Below, piece after piece: positions 10,057 to 20,033 of a stretch of 64,000 bases of DNA. Source of the DNA: Chloroflexota bacterium (GTDB taxonomy: Bacteria; Chloroflexota; UBA11872; VXOZ01); NCBI GenBank assembly GCA_963663275.1, contig OY760183.1:1216001-1280000 (forward strand), given 5' to 3'. The notes beneath the pieces were generated by a model that made no database searches, was not told the origin of the DNA, and was given only the letters and a program-made list of their open reading frames with translations. A program made the translations under genes and the position numbers. Position 1 is the first letter of the stretch. Each line of letters begins with the position of its first letter.

Positions 10057-11097
10057 TTAGGCACGCGCGTACTGTGTCAGGAAGTCGATGTTTTGATCGC
10101 GGTATTCAGGCAATTGTGCTAAGGCGTCTTCGGCGCTACGGCCGTGGTGGATGATCTCACTGATGACGTTGCCCACGGCCAGGGGATCGTCCTGGCCCGG
10201 ATAGAGCACGTTGCGTCCCACCATCGCGCCGCGCACGTTCGGCCCGCCTTGCAAGCCGCGGGCGAATTCGCGTATCGTCGGCTCGGGATCGTTGTGCGAC
10301 GCGCCGCCCAGCATCAGCAGCGGCATCGTCGTCGCCCGCACCACCCGCTCGTAGTCCTCGCACACGGGAATCTTCAGCCAGGTGCGCGCGGTGTTGCCGC
10401 CCACGCCCGCCAATACGCCGATCTGCTTCAGCAACGCTATCGGGTCTTTAACCGGCTGGTAGCCGTTCTCGGTGCGCTCGACCGGCAGCGGCTCCAGAAA
10501 GCTCGGCAAGCCCATGTCGCTCAGTTGGCTCACCGCCTCGGCGATGTACATGAGCGTTCTGCCGGAACCCGGCTCAGCGGGATCGAGACGCCACAGCACC
10601 TTGGCGCCGTCCAGGCGCGCCTTGGCGATGCCGTCGGCGGAATAGGCGCTCATGTCGTCGTCCATCTCGAAGGCCGTGCCGGCCAGGCCGGAGCGGTTCA
10701 TGGAACCCAGCAGTACCGTGTTGTCCAGAAAACCCGGCCCGCCGCCCTGCTTCACCAGGTGGTTGACGATGAAGACGTCGTCCAGCACGTCGGGCGTGGC
10801 CATGAGCCCGTCGATGAGGCCGCCCACCAGCGCCCGCAGCACGCGGCCCAGGTAAGCGTGCCGGTTCGTCATGCCCAGCGGATCGGTGGGCGTGGCGGTG
10901 GACATGCGGGCGGGATGGTCCGCCGCCAGGATGACGAGTTTGCCGTCCGGCGCCAGGCGCATGCGCCGCTTGCGCGCGCGCTGCTCCTGCTCCACAATCT
11001 CCGGCCGGTCCACCCGCGCGTCGGTGATGCGCCAGAAGACGTCTTCCGGGAAGAACCGGTCTAAATCGAAGGCGTATGCGCCGGACGCTTCTGCCAT
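10057..11097 (-). CDS. Cgl0159-like / DeoC-LacD class I aldolase (TIM barrel)
   Basis: LAADHPAR, GSMNRSGLAG, WLKIP (candidate Schiff-base Lys), LLMLGG, GAMVGRNVLYP. Confidence 0.75.
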   Translation of the reverse strand: MAEASGAYAFDLDRFFPEDVFWRITDARVDRPEIVEQEQRARKRRMRLAPDGKLVILAADHPARMSTATPTDPLGMTNRHAYLGRVLRALVGGLIDGLMATPDVLDDVFIVNHLVKQGGGPGFLDNTVLLGSMNRSGLAGTAFEMDDDMSAYSADGIAKARLDGAKVLWRLDPAEPGSGRTLMYIAEAVSQLSDMGLPSFLEPLPVERTENGYQPVKDPIALLKQIGVLAGVGGNTARTWLKIPVCEDYERVVRATTMPLLMLGGASHNDPEPTIREFARGLQGGPNVRGAMVGRNVLYPGQDDPLAVGNVISEIIHHGRSAEDALAQLPEYRDQNIDFLTQYARA

Positions 11098-11230
11098 GTC
11101 TTTCCTCCGGGCACGGACTCTAAAGGCCACAAACGGGTCTGCCAACACCCTATTATAGCCGACGCGGGCGCGCTCGACTTGCGGGCTAATCCCCCGCGCG
11201 CCTGGTAGTCCAACACGATTGTATTGTTGG

Positions 11231-11323
11231 GCAGCGTAGGTTTGTAACCTGCGCCAGCTTGCCGCAGCGTGGAGCGACGGCGCCAAACCGAGGGGCTGGG
11301 CACAGGTTACAAACCTGTGCTAC
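11231..11323. repeat. Inverted doublet of GTAGCGCAGGTTTGTAACCTGCGC-type REP
   Basis: Two inverted copies about 45 bp apart; family recurs at ~22548, 27840, 28009, 28178, 29403, 38223 and 62671. Confidence 0.85.
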
Positions 11324-11427
11324 CGGCGCTCCTACCCATCAATGCAAAAAATGTCGAACCACTAGGTTACAATAAGTGAAAACAGGCACGTAACGCAAGA
11401 AGTCGCGCAAACAGTGGAGGAAGCCGC

Positions 11428-11847
11428 GTGTCGGGTAACGCCGCACCTCAGCCCCACGTTCCCGCCGAGACGAAAGGGCGGCACAAGACCATCGCCGTGG
11501 CCGCCCCGGCCTGGCACCTCCGCGCGCTGGTCCGCGCCGCCGTGGAGAACAAGCGCACCCGCGTGGTGGAGGCGTCATCTCTGGAGTCACTGCGCGCGAT
11601 CGCTGGCGATGAACGGCTCGATCTTGTGATTCTCGATGCCGAACTTGCCCGCCACGGCGCGACTGCGCCCTCTGCCCAACGCACGCGCGGCCCGGCGCTG
11701 GCCGGCGCGCCGCTCCTCTTACTCACGGATCCCAGCGCCCCCGCCGCCGCGCCGCACGTGAGCGCACTACAGCCGGACCGCACGCTCCACAAGCACTTCA
11801 GCCCCTTCGAACTCCTGAACGCAGTCTACGCCCTTACCGGGTATTGA
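11428..11847 (+). CDS. Stand-alone, atypical response-regulator receiver domain protein
   Basis: LDLVILD (phospho-Asp position), LLLLT, KHFSPFELL (KP-F equivalent); lacks the N-terminal acidic pair; GGAGG RBS. Confidence 0.6.
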   Translation: MSGNAAPQPHVPAETKGRHKTIAVAAPAWHLRALVRAAVENKRTRVVEASSLESLRAIAGDERLDLVILDAELARHGATAPSAQRTRGPALAGAPLLLLTDPSAPAAAPHVSALQPDRTLHKHFSPFELLNAVYALTGY

Positions 11848-11916
11848 GCCGCGATACACGACCTTTCGCTCGGCATGGGTGGAAGCTGACGGTAGGGTTG
11901 GCGGCAGAGACATTTC

Positions 11917-11944
11917 TTGACAAGCCCAGCATTCCGGTTAAGCT
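11917..11944 (+). promoter_or_regulatory. Putative sigma-70 promoter for the RCC1-like repeat gene
   Basis: TTGACA-16 bp-TAAGCT. Confidence 0.45.
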
Positions 11945-12013
11945 AGATACCAGTAAAGCAGCGGTAGAGAGAGCATGCGGAGTTTCTGGCAGCGCAGAGG
12001 AAAGGCGGTTGCG

Positions 12014-13828
12014 ATGGCGCATCTTTGCCGCGCGTGGGCAGCCGCGCGCGGGCGCGCGCGCCAATGGGCGGGGACTGGCGCATTCTGCTTGATTGCGGCG
12101 GCGATGCTGTTGGCATGTGCGGCAGGGCAGCAGGGCACGCCTGCGACTGAACTGCCCGTAGATACCCCTGCGTCCAAGACTGGAACTACTGCCACAGATT
12201 CAACGCCTGCACCAACCCCGCCAGGCACACCCACGCCAACCGCCACTCCCGCGGTTCGCTTCACGGCGATCAGCAGCGGCATTGTCCATACGTGCGCGTT
12301 GCGCGAGGACGGCACGCCGATCTGCTGGGGGAGCAATGAAAGAGGCCAAGCTTCGCCGCCGGCGGACGAGCGTTTCACTGCCATTAGCAGTGGCAGCCGC
12401 TACTCCTGCGCATTGCGCGAGGATGGAACGCCCGTTTGCTGGGGTTGGAATGAATACGGCCAAGCGTCTCCTCCGCTTGGAGAACGTCTCAAAGCAGTCA
12501 GCAGCGGCCACACGTATACGTGCGGCTTGCGCCTGGACGGAACTGCGCTCTGTTGGGGCGAGACGGAGCTCAGCGGGGCGTCACCGCCTGCAGGCGAGCG
12601 CTTCGACGCCATTAGCAATAGCGGTCGGCATACGTGCGCGCTTCGTGTTGACGGCACGCCAGTCTGCTGGGGTGACGCAGGACATGGCGGAGGGGAGCCG
12701 CCGGCGGGAGCGCAACTCACGTCCATAAGCACCGGATTGAACTTTTCTTGCGGGCTGCGCGCAGACGGGACCCCCGTATGTTGGGGCAGCGACTTCGAAG
12801 GAGAAAGCTCACCGCCGGATGGCGAGCGGTTCACCGCTATCAGTAGCAGTACCAAGTACAGTTGCGCGTTGCGCGAGGACGGCGCTGCCGTTTGCTGGGG
12901 CGGAGGCAACCTCGGTCAAACCTCACCGCCTGCCGGCGAGCGCTTCACCGCCATTAGCACCGCGTTCGGCCACGCCTGCGGCATCCGCCAAGACGGCACG
13001 ATCGCTTGCTGGGGTTTGGACGTGTCGCCGCCGGCAGGCGAACGCTTTACGAGCATTAGCAGCGGCGATGAATACACCTGTGCGCTGCGCGAGGATGGCA
13101 CTCCTGTCTGTTGGGGTAAAGAGGGTCCCCGCCCTATAACCCCGCCGGCAGGTGAACGCCTCGTTGCCATCAGCAGTGGCTTCATCCAGACATGCGGGCT
13201 CCGCGCCGACGGGACACTCATCTGCTGGCCCGGCTTTGAGGAGCTTGGCATATTTCTCAAGGACCAGCGGTTCACTGCGGTAAGTGCCTCAGGTGCTACC
13301 ATCTGTGCGCTCCGCACGGACGGAACGCCACTGTGTTGGGGGGTCAATCCGGGACTGTCGCCGCAAGACGTGCGTTTTACCGAGATCAGCGCCGGCTATT
13401 TCTTCAGTTGTGGTTTCCGCGCTAACGGCAGTCTGCTCTGTTGGGGGTACAGCGGTGAAACGCATTCGCCCGTGGAAGATGAAAGCCTCGCTACGGTCAG
13501 CGTCGGTTTCGGCCACGGCTGCGCGCTGCGCCAAGACGGTTCGCCTGTGTGCTGGGGCGAAGACCAGTTCGGTGAAACACTGCCTGCGGCAACACCGCCG
13601 GAAGGTGAGTATTTCACCGCCATTAGCGCCGGCGCGTTTGCTACCTGCGCTCTGCGCGCCGACGGCAGCCCGGTCTGTTGGGGAGAACGAACACCATCAG
13701 TGCCGCAAGACGAACGCTTCACGTCTATAAGCGTGGGCGCTCATCATACCTGCGGCCTCCGCGCCGACGGCGTCGCCGTCTGCTGGAGCAGTCTCGATTA
13801 CGGCCAGGCGTCTCCTCCTGCCGAATAG
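12014..13828 (+). CDS. Exported lipoprotein with 14 RCC1/BLIP-II-like (crinkly-like) repeats
   Basis: Lipobox LLAC, Pro/Thr linker, then 14 units of ~38 aa, FTAISSGxxHTCALREDGTPVCWG; alternative start 11975. Confidence 0.85.
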   Translation: MAHLCRAWAAARGRARQWAGTGAFCLIAAAMLLACAAGQQGTPATELPVDTPASKTGTTATDSTPAPTPPGTPTPTATPAVRFTAISSGIVHTCALREDGTPICWGSNERGQASPPADERFTAISSGSRYSCALREDGTPVCWGWNEYGQASPPLGERLKAVSSGHTYTCGLRLDGTALCWGETELSGASPPAGERFDAISNSGRHTCALRVDGTPVCWGDAGHGGGEPPAGAQLTSISTGLNFSCGLRADGTPVCWGSDFEGESSPPDGERFTAISSSTKYSCALREDGAAVCWGGGNLGQTSPPAGERFTAISTAFGHACGIRQDGTIACWGLDVSPPAGERFTSISSGDEYTCALREDGTPVCWGKEGPRPITPPAGERLVAISSGFIQTCGLRADGTLICWPGFEELGIFLKDQRFTAVSASGATICALRTDGTPLCWGVNPGLSPQDVRFTEISAGYFFSCGFRANGSLLCWGYSGETHSPVEDESLATVSVGFGHGCALRQDGSPVCWGEDQFGETLPAATPPEGEYFTAISAGAFATCALRADGSPVCWGERTPSVPQDERFTSISVGAHHTCGLRADGVAVCWSSLDYGQASPPAE

Positions 13829-13903
13829 CCGTTGTCTTTTCACTGCGGCAAAACCGCGCGGAAGCGGGGAATTGGCAAGGGCTTCCCAATCCACCGCATG
13901 GCC

Positions 13904-14064
13904 CTGACTGGGGTATGTAAGTGTCATTCCGAGCGCAGCGAGGAATCTAAAGATGCTGACTTTGCAGGGCTGCGCTTTAGATTCCGCGAACAGGGTTCGA
14001 CACTCCGCTGCGCTCCGTTCAGAATGACACGTGAAGTCGACTATAGAATACATACCTCTGTCAG
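13904..14064 (+). mobile_element. MITE family A, copy 1 (degenerate)
   Basis: CTGACTGGGGTA...TACCTCTGTCAG termini; flanks ACCGCATGGCC / CCCGCAGGTCC match at 8/11; internal GTCATTCCGAG hairpin. Confidence 0.8.
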
Positions 14065-14227
14065 CCCGCAGGTCCCCAGCGTGGCTGCCACGCACTTGGG
14101 GTGTTCATTCCCGCATTGCGGGCGGCGTGCGGGTATGCCATGCTAGGCGCTAGAGAGTGCGTCCGCGGCTCCCGCGGGCAGGGATGACGTGAGCGCCGAC
14201 GCCCAAGAGATTGCGAGGTGCGAGCCT

Positions 14228-15112
14228 ATGCGGAGTTTTCGTGTCACGGCGGTTTCGTTGCGCAGCCGGCCGGCGTCGCCGGAGGCAAATCTCGGCCATC
14301 ACGCGGCGTGGGTCGCGCGGGCCGCGGCGGACGAGCCGGACCTGATCTGCTTTCCCGAACTCGGCCTGACCGGCTACAGCATCACGCCGGCCATTTGGGA
14401 GGCGTCCGAGCCGGTGCCGGGGCCTTCCACCCAGGCGCTGGCGGACCTGGCGCGGGAGCACAACGTCATGCTGGCGGCGGGCATTGCCGAAAACGACCGC
14501 GACATCGTGTATAACACCTATGTCATCGTTGGGCCCGAGGGGTATATTGGCAAGTCGCGCAAGATCCACATTCCGCCGGCGGAGGTGGGCTACTGGCGCG
14601 GCGGCGGCATTCCGCCGGTGATCGACATTGGCGCGGCCAAGGTCGGAGTGAACATCTGCTTCGACAACTGGCTGCCGGAGTCGGGCCGCATGGTGGCGCT
14701 GCAAGGGGCGGAGGTCATTCTGGCGCCGTACGTGTGGTCGGTGGGCGATTGGGGCGAGCCGCCGGACCACGCCAGCCGCAACCGGGCCTGGAAAGATTAC
14801 GCCGGCCGCACTTTTCCGGCCCGCGCCATCGACAACGGCGTCTTTCTGGTTGCCGTCAACGCCTGTGGGCCGCCCCCCACCGGCGCCAGCACGCATTTCA
14901 GCAATCCCATGGTCGTGGTCTATAATCCCCTGGGGCAACTGGTGGCGGCCTCGCCGGACGACGCCGGCGACGAGGTGATGGTGACCGCCGACCTGGATAA
15001 ACAGCTTCTGGCCGAGCGGCGCTCGCAGGGCGTCTTCCACCCGCGCTTCCGACGGCCGGAGCTCTACGGCCTGCTGGCGGAAGGCGATATTGGCCCGCAA
15101 GAGCCGCGCTAG
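14228..15112 (+). CDS. Carbon-nitrogen hydrolase (nitrilase superfamily)
   Basis: Catalytic triad motifs FPEL (E), SRKIH (K), ICFD (C); C-terminal RRPELY. Confidence 0.92.
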   Translation: MRSFRVTAVSLRSRPASPEANLGHHAAWVARAAADEPDLICFPELGLTGYSITPAIWEASEPVPGPSTQALADLAREHNVMLAAGIAENDRDIVYNTYVIVGPEGYIGKSRKIHIPPAEVGYWRGGGIPPVIDIGAAKVGVNICFDNWLPESGRMVALQGAEVILAPYVWSVGDWGEPPDHASRNRAWKDYAGRTFPARAIDNGVFLVAVNACGPPPTGASTHFSNPMVVVYNPLGQLVAASPDDAGDEVMVTADLDKQLLAERRSQGVFHPRFRRPELYGLLAEGDIGPQEPR

Positions 15113-15147
15113 CGGGGGTTAATTCCGCCCGAGGCGCAAGAGGTTCA

Positions 15148-15326
15148 GGGGCGCGACACAGATTTCGCGGCAACGATGGCGGCGCAGACGGCGTTGGGGC
15201 ACGACACGGGTTTCGGGGCAACGAACGCGGCGCAGACGTCGTTGGGGCACGGGTTTCGGGGTAATGAACGCGGCAACAAAGGTGTAGGGGCACGACATGT
15301 CGTGCCCCTACACCTTTGTTGCCGCG
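15148..15326. repeat. Three ~48-bp tandem half-REP units followed by a 58-bp perfect palindrome centred on the GTAG REP
   Basis: GGGGC(A/G)CG starts at 15148, 15196, 15244 and 15287; palindrome spans 15269-15326. Confidence 0.88.
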
Positions 15327-15352
15327 AAAACAACCGGAAACGACGTCCGGGG

Positions 15353-17821
15353 TCAGGCCTGCTCCACCAGCACGCGCACGTCCAGGCGCAGCACGTCGCC
15401 GTCCCGGTCTATCACCACCGTATCGCCGGCGTGGAACTTTTCGGCCAGCAGACCTTCGGCAAGCTCATTCTCGATCAGGTTCTGGATCACGCGCCGCAGC
15501 GGCCGCGCGCCGTTATCCGGGTCGAAGCCCTGTTCCACCAGCAGTTCTTTCGCGTCGTCGGTAACGTCCAACGTAATTTCCTGTTCGGTCAGCCGGGCCT
15601 GCACCTCGGCCAGTTGGATATCGACTATGTTGATGATGTCTTCTTTGGAGAGGTGCCGGAACGTCACGACGCTATCCACGCGATTCAGGAACTCAGGGCG
15701 GAACGTCTTCTTGATTTCCGCCATCACCCGTTCCCGCATCTCTTTGTACATCTGTTCCTCGGTGCGCAGGTCGGAGGCGTCCAGCCGGAAGCCGACGGCG
15801 GCGTCGCGTTTGATCAGGTGCGCGCCCACGTTCGAGGTCATGATGAGGATCGTGTTGCGGAAGTCCACCGTGCGGCCTTTGCCGTCGGTCAGGCGTCCGT
15901 CTTCCATGATCTGCAGCAAAACGTTGAAGACGTCCGGGTGGGCTTTCTCGATTTCGTCCAGCAGCACCACCGAATAGCTGCGCCGCCGCACCGCTTCGGT
16001 GAGTTGGCCGCCTTCTTCATAGCCCACGTAGCCCGGCGGCGCGCCCACCAGGCGGGAGATGGTGTGCTTCTCCATGTACTCTGACATGTCCAGCCGCACC
16101 ATGGCGTCGCTGCTGCCGAACATGAACTCGGCTAAGGCGCGGGCCAGATACGTCTTGCCGGAGCCGGTGGGCCCGACGAAGATGAACGAGCCGATGGGGC
16201 GCTTGGGGTCTTTGAGGCCGGCGCGGGCGCGGCGCACAGCCTTGGAGACGTTGCTGATGGCCTCGTCCTGGCTCACCACCTTCTTGTGCAGGTTCTCCTC
16301 CATGTGGAGCAGCCGCGCGGATTCCTCCTGGGCGATGCGGGTCACCGGAATGCCGGTCCACATGGAGACCACGGTGGCCACGTCCTCTTTGGTGACCTCG
16401 GGCCACTTCTCTTCCTGGTTGGGCCAATCCGATTCCAGGGTTTCGATCTTCTTGCGCAATTCCGCCTCTTTTTCGCCCAGGCCCACCGCCTCGTCGTACT
16501 GGCGGCCCTCGATGGCGTCTTCCTTTTCGCGCACGATGCCGTCCAGGTCTTTCACCGCGTTGCGCAGGGCGTTGGAGGTGTTGGCCTGCTGGATGCGCAC
16601 CCGCGAGGCCGCCTCGTCGATGAGGTCGATCGCCTTGTCCGGCAGGAAGCGGTCGGTGACGTAGCGGCCGGACATTTCCGCCGCCACTTTGACGGCTTCG
16701 TCGACGATGTGCACCTTATGGTGCTCCTCGTAGGCTTCCTTGACGCCCTGGAGCACGGCAATCGTCTCTTCGATGTCCAGTTCGCGCACGTGCACGGGCT
16801 GGAAGCGGCGTTCCAGGGCGGCGTCGCGCTCGATGTACTTGCGGTATTCGTCCAGGGTGGTGGCGCCGATGCATTGCAGTTCGCCGCGGGCCAGCGCCGG
16901 TTTCAGGATATTGGCCGCGTCCACCGCGCCTTCCGCCGCGCCCGCGCCGACAAGGGTATGCAACTCGTCGATGAAGAGCATGCAATCGCCGGAGCCGCGA
17001 ATTTCCTCGAGAATCTTCTTCAGCCGTTCTTCGAATTCACCCCGGTACTTGGTGCCGGCCACCAGCGCGCCGATGTCCAGGGTAAGCAGCCTTTTGCCCA
17101 GCAGGGTTTCCGGCACGTCGCCCTCGATGACGCGCTGCGCCAGGCCCTCCACAATCGCGGTCTTGCCGACGCCGGGTTCGCCGATGAGCGCCGGGTTGTT
17201 CTTGGTGCGGCGCGAGAGGATCTGCACCACCCGTTCGATCTCCTGCTGGCGGCCGATGACGGGATCGAGCTTTTCGGCGCGGGCCGCGGCGGTGAGGTCG
17301 ATGCCCATCTGGTCGATCAAAGGAGTGCGTGAAGTGGATGACTGGCGGCCGCCGCTCTCGTGAGTCAGGCGCGAGGGTTGCTGGCTCACCGCCTGGATCA
17401 CCTTTTGCCGCACTTTTTCCAGGCTTACGCCCAGGCTCTCCAGCACGCCGGCGGCGATGCCCTCGCCTTCGCGCACCAGTCCCAGCAGCAGGTGCTCGGT
17501 GCCGATGTAGTTGTGCCCCAGGCGGCGCGCTTCTTCCGTGGCAAGCTCGATGACCTTCTTGGCGCGGGGCGTCAGGCTGATGTCGCCGACGTTCACGCGC
17601 TCGCCGCGCCCGATGATGAACTCCACCGCGCCGCGCACCTTGGTGAGGTCTACGCCCATGTCGTAGAGCACCTTGGCGGCGATGCCGTCCCCTTCGCGCA
17701 CCAGTCCCAGCAGCAGGTGCTCGGTGCCGATGTAGTTGTGGTTGAAACGGCGCGCTTCTTCGGTGGCAAGCGCGAGAACCCGCTTGGCTCGGTCCGTATA
17801 CTTATCGTACAGGGGACTCAC
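15353..17821 (-). CDS. clpC: ATP-dependent Clp protease ATP-binding subunit ClpC
   Basis: Double Clp-[12 protein letters not shown] middle domain, GPTGSGKT, and VGF ClpP-docking loop. Confidence 0.97.
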   Translation of the reverse strand: MSPLYDKYTDRAKRVLALATEEARRFNHNYIGTEHLLLGLVREGDGIAAKVLYDMGVDLTKVRGAVEFIIGRGERVNVGDISLTPRAKKVIELATEEARRLGHNYIGTEHLLLGLVREGEGIAAGVLESLGVSLEKVRQKVIQAVSQQPSRLTHESGGRQSSTSRTPLIDQMGIDLTAAARAEKLDPVIGRQQEIERVVQILSRRTKNNPALIGEPGVGKTAIVEGLAQRVIEGDVPETLLGKRLLTLDIGALVAGTKYRGEFEERLKKILEEIRGSGDCMLFIDELHTLVGAGAAEGAVDAANILKPALARGELQCIGATTLDEYRKYIERDAALERRFQPVHVRELDIEETIAVLQGVKEAYEEHHKVHIVDEAVKVAAEMSGRYVTDRFLPDKAIDLIDEAASRVRIQQANTSNALRNAVKDLDGIVREKEDAIEGRQYDEAVGLGEKEAELRKKIETLESDWPNQEEKWPEVTKEDVATVVSMWTGIPVTRIAQEESARLLHMEENLHKKVVSQDEAISNVSKAVRRARAGLKDPKRPIGSFIFVGPTGSGKTYLARALAEFMFGSSDAMVRLDMSEYMEKHTISRLVGAPPGYVGYEEGGQLTEAVRRRSYSVVLLDEIEKAHPDVFNVLLQIMEDGRLTDGKGRTVDFRNTILIMTSNVGAHLIKRDAAVGFRLDASDLRTEEQMYKEMRERVMAEIKKTFRPEFLNRVDSVVTFRHLSKEDIINIVDIQLAEVQARLTEQEITLDVTDDAKELLVEQGFDPDNGARPLRRVIQNLIENELAEGLLAEKFHAGDTVVIDRDGDVLRLDVRVLVEQA

Positions 17822-18534
17822 GAAGTATCTCCTTGGCTCACCGCTTGCCTAACCTGTCGCCGCAGTCTTTCCAGGGTTACGCCCAGCGACCGCAAAATGC
17901 CCGCCGCAATGCCTTCACCCTCACGCGCCAGACCGAGAAGCAGGTGCCCTGTGCCAATCTGCTCATGACCTAACCGGCGCGCCTCTTCCGCCGCAAGACT
18001 AATCGCCTTCCTTGCGCCAGGCGTCAGCCTGATCTCGGTTCCCGCGTCTTGCTCTGCCCTTCCGGTAGTAACCTCTTGACCGGCGCGTTCTTCCGTTTCG
18101 CTCGCAGCCTCTACCGCCGCGCCCAGTTCCGTCAGGTTCACGCCCAGGCTTTCCAGGATGCCGGCCGCGATGCCTTCGCCTTCGCGGACTAGACCGAGCA
18201 GGAAGTGCTCGGCATCGATGTCCTCGTGTCCCAGGCGGCGCGCTTCTTCGGTCGCAAACTCAATCACCTGCTTGGCGCGGGGCGTCAGGCGCATTTCGCT
18301 TACCTGCCCGCCCTCACCGCGACCGATGATGTACTTCACCGCGTCCCGTACCGTGGTGAGGTCCACCCCCATCTCGGCCAGGGTTGCGGCGGCTTTGCCC
18401 TCACCCTCGCGCACGATCCCCAACAACATGTGCTCGGTGCCGATGTAGCTGTGGTCGAGGCGGCGCGCTTCTTCCGTTGCCAGCGCCAGCACCCGCTTGG
18501 CCCGGTCCGTGTACCGATCGAACAGAGGGCTCAC
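17818..18534 (-). CDS. Stand-alone protein made of three Clp N-terminal repeats
   Basis: N-terminus nearly identical to ClpC ([25 protein letters not shown]); three EEARRL.H..I..H.LLG..REGEG repeats; no AAA domain; GTGA overlap with clpC. Confidence 0.9.
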   Translation of the reverse strand: MSPLFDRYTDRAKRVLALATEEARRLDHSYIGTEHMLLGIVREGEGKAAATLAEMGVDLTTVRDAVKYIIGRGEGGQVSEMRLTPRAKQVIEFATEEARRLGHEDIDAEHFLLGLVREGEGIAAGILESLGVNLTELGAAVEAASETEERAGQEVTTGRAEQDAGTEIRLTPGARKAISLAAEEARRLGHEQIGTGHLLLGLAREGEGIAAGILRSLGVTLERLRRQVRQAVSQGDTS

Positions 18535-18610
18535 GGCACTGCTCCTGGGTTCCGTTGCCGCCCGCGGCGGCGCGTACGCAGAGCGGCCGCGCGGGCCGGC
18601 TGCCCGGCCG

Positions 18611-19795
18611 CTAGGCCTCTTCCGCCGCGTGTTCCTCCTCAGCCTCGTCCGCCGCCGCTTCCTCTTGCTCCGCGGCCATCAGGTTCGCCAACTGCTCTTC
18701 CAGATTTACCGGAGACAGTCTCATGCGGTGGCGCTGCGGATCGGCGCTGAGCACCCGAAAGATGAGTTCCTGGCCTTCTTGCAGCATGTCGCGTCCCTCG
18801 GGCGACATCTCGGAATTGTGCGCCAGGCCCTCGATGCCGTCCTCCACGCGCACGAACGCGCCAAAGGGCGCGATCTTGATGATGAGTCCCGGCACCTCTC
18901 TGCCCACCGGATAGCGCGCCTCGATGCCTTCCCACGGGTCTTTCTGGGTGCGCTTGATCGAGAGGCCGATCTTCTTGCTCTCGTGATCCAGGCTGAGCAC
19001 GCAGACTTCCACCTTCTGCGCCACCTGGAGCACCTCGCTGGGGTCTTCCACCCGGCTCCAAGAAATCTCGGATATGTGGACGAGGCCGTCCGCGCCGCCC
19101 AAGTCGACGAACGCGCCGAAACTGCACAGGTTGCTCACCACGCCTTCGCGGGTCTGGCCGACTTCCAGTTCCTTCAGCAACTGTTCGCGCTGTTGGGCGC
19201 GCATCTCGCGCTCCGCCAGGCGTTCGGAGAGGATGAGCCGGTTGCGGCGGCGGTCTACCTCGATGATCTTCAGCTTCAGGCTGCGGCCGATTAGTTCGGA
19301 GAGCCGCGCCAGCAGGTCTTCTTCACTGGCGTCGCGGTTGGGCGGCCGCTCCAGGGAGACAAGCTGGGAACTGGGCACGAAGCCGCGCAGGCCGATGTCC
19401 ACGATGACGCCGCCCTTGTTGGCGTCGATGACGGTGGTTTCCAGTATTTCGCCGTCCTGGTAGCGTTGGTCGATCTCCCGCCAGGCGCGTTCGGCCATTG
19501 CGCGCCGGATAGAAAGGAGCGCGTGCCCCTCGGCGGTTTCCGGGTTAACCACGTAGACCAGCACCTTCTCACCGACGCTCATTTCCACCACTTCGTCCAT
19601 GCGCGCCAGTTCCCTGCCGGAGACGACGCCTTCCGCCTTGAGGCCGATGTCCACCATGATTTCGTCATCGGCAGCCTGGACGACGACGCCTTCAACCACG
19701 TCACCGCGCCGCACTGTGCGAATGGAGCTTTCGATCTCTCCCAGGAGAGACTCCATCGTCATCGCTTCTTCGGTAGTCGTTGGTGATTCTTGCAC
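18611..19795 (-). CDS. rpsA: 30S ribosomal protein S1 (short, 4 S1 domains)
   Basis: VDIGLKAEG, GLRGFVPSSQ, FGAFVDLGGADGLVHISEISW, FGAFVRVEDGIEGL. Confidence 0.93.
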   Translation of the reverse strand: MQESPTTTEEAMTMESLLGEIESSIRTVRRGDVVEGVVVQAADDEIMVDIGLKAEGVVSGRELARMDEVVEMSVGEKVLVYVVNPETAEGHALLSIRRAMAERAWREIDQRYQDGEILETTVIDANKGGVIVDIGLRGFVPSSQLVSLERPPNRDASEEDLLARLSELIGRSLKLKIIEVDRRRNRLILSERLAEREMRAQQREQLLKELEVGQTREGVVSNLCSFGAFVDLGGADGLVHISEISWSRVEDPSEVLQVAQKVEVCVLSLDHESKKIGLSIKRTQKDPWEGIEARYPVGREVPGLIIKIAPFGAFVRVEDGIEGLAHNSEMSPEGRDMLQEGQELIFRVLSADPQRHRMRLSPVNLEEQLANLMAAEQEEAAADEAEEEHAAEEA

Positions 19796-20033
19796 TGGTT
19801 ATCCTTACCTTCTCTCACGTATTGCCGCCGCCGCGCAAAGCCAGACAAGCGTATCCGGCGCTTTCGCGCAGTCTGGCACCATTATAGTCAATGCCAGCGT
19901 CAAAAGTAAAGGCAGCAGAGGCCGCCGCCGACCCCGGCGCGGCCCCGGTCTTGGCGAAAAGCGCCGCCTATCCGCCGCGCCGTCCATCTGGTATGCTGGG
20001 GAATGCACAGCCGCAAGCGAGGGAGAGCCGCAC

